From Candidatus Limnocylindrales bacterium (lineage in GTDB: Bacteria > Chloroflexota > Limnocylindria > Limnocylindrales > CSP1-4), in contig JBEKCH010000007.1 in NCBI GenBank assembly GCA_050014975.1, positions 3,785 through 67,784 on the forward strand: a stretch of DNA of 64,000 nt. Direction: 5' to 3'. Below the pieces are notes generated by a model. That model had not been told where the DNA came from and did not search any database. It saw nothing but the letters and a program-made list of their open reading frames with translations. Position numbers and translations under genes: made by a program. Shown here one piece after another: positions 63,409-64,000 of this stretch. Positions within the stretch are counted from its first letter, which is position 1. Every line of letters begins with the position of its first letter.

Positions 63409-64000
63409 CACCCGCAGCTACGGTACGGCCGCCGAGCGCTGGTCGGGCGTGGGACCCTACTATGCGATGTTTCCCGTGTCCTTTGCCGACACGGTGATTG
63501 GCGAATACACGGAGTCAGGGGAAACGGTTCTCGACCCGTTCGCAGGACGGGGAACGGCTCCGTTCAGCGCCGCCACGCTAGGTCGAGTGGGTCTCGGCAT
63601 AGAAGTTAACCCGGTCGGATGGGTCTATGGGGCCACCAAGCTGCACCCGGCAGCCGAAGCAGACGTCGTGGCGAGGCTCGTCGAGATCTCAAAGGAGCGG
63701 TATCGGTTTCGCCTTGCCGCCCGACGGCTCCCAGAGTTCTTTCAGGACTGCTTCGATCCGGGTGTTCTCTCGTTCCTCCTTGCGGCTCGGAAGTCGTTGG
63801 AATGGCGGAGGCTCAGCGTCGATCGGACATTGGCAGCCCTGCTTCTCGTATACCTCCACGGAAAGCGCGGCTTCGCCCTCTCTAATCAGATGCGCCAGAC
63901 GAAGGCGATGGCGCCGAATTACTCGATTGGCTGGTGGCGTAAACGTGGATTGAGGCCTCCGGCCGTGGATCCGGTCGAATTCCTGGAGCCACGCATCAGA
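63401..64000 (+). CDS. DNA methyltransferase-like protein (N4/N6 family AdoMet-binding block), 3' end outside the window
   Basis: This ORF is not in the supplied track because it runs off the window end. My translation of frame 2 from the ATG at 63401 is MTDTRSYGTAAERWSGVGPYYAMFPVSFADTVIGEYTESGETVLDPFAGRGTAPFSAATLGRVGLGIEVNP.... It resembles the ...FP..L....I...T..GD.VLDPFxGSGTT..AA..LGR..IGIE block. It overlaps the nurA stop by 8 nt. Confidence 0.6.
   Translation, partial: MTDTRSYGTAAERWSGVGPYYAMFPVSFADTVIGEYTESGETVLDPFAGRGTAPFSAATLGRVGLGIEVNPVGWVYGATKLHPAAEADVVARLVEISKERYRFRLAARRLPEFFQDCFDPGVLSFLLAARKSLEWRRLSVDRTLAALLLVYLHGKRGFALSNQMRQTKAMAPNYSIGWWRKRGLRPPAVDPVEFLEPRIR

Overview
All calls come from reading the supplied ORF translations and the nucleotide sequence by eye; no searches were run. 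The window is a very G+C-rich bacterial chromosome segment. Gene content (F420-type LLM oxidoreductase, MMPL transporter, GT87-like membrane protein) suggests an Actinomycetota- or Chloroflexota-like organism, but taxonomy cannot be determined here.

Order of content:
- A minus-strand, translationally coupled hdrCBA-mvhDGA cluster (group-3c-like [NiFe] hydrogenase plus heterodisulfide-reductase-like proteins), followed by a maturation protease and a Zn-finger-less HypA-like gene.
- An M20 peptidase, ilvD, a PadR-HAAS-membrane fusion protein, and a GH3 glycosidase joined to leuCD.
- An MMPL transporter, then a long plus-strand ilvBNC-leuA-leuB-cimA-pheA operon. This operon is preceded by a branched-chain-codon-rich leader ORF and an intrinsic terminator.
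- A three-gene cluster of secreted proteins with AYWT-type signal ends.
- upp, mgtA, a DeoR-controlled sugar-like operon, an APC permease, assorted redox and hydrolase genes, psuK-psuG and tRNA-Gly(CCC).

Right of the tRNA the sequence becomes accessory. A 72-74 nt copy of the tRNA 5' half plus its upstream flank recurs 2.9 kb away. The two copies bracket a thiolase gene fragment, a nucleotidyltransferase-fold/wHTH pair and vapBC.

Beyond that, G+C drops visibly and a tightly coupled HerA ATPase, NurA nuclease and DNA methyltransferase operon runs off the window end. This is my top candidate for an undescribed R-M-like defence module.

Many long ORFs in the track are antisense or out-of-frame shadows typical of high-GC DNA and were not called.
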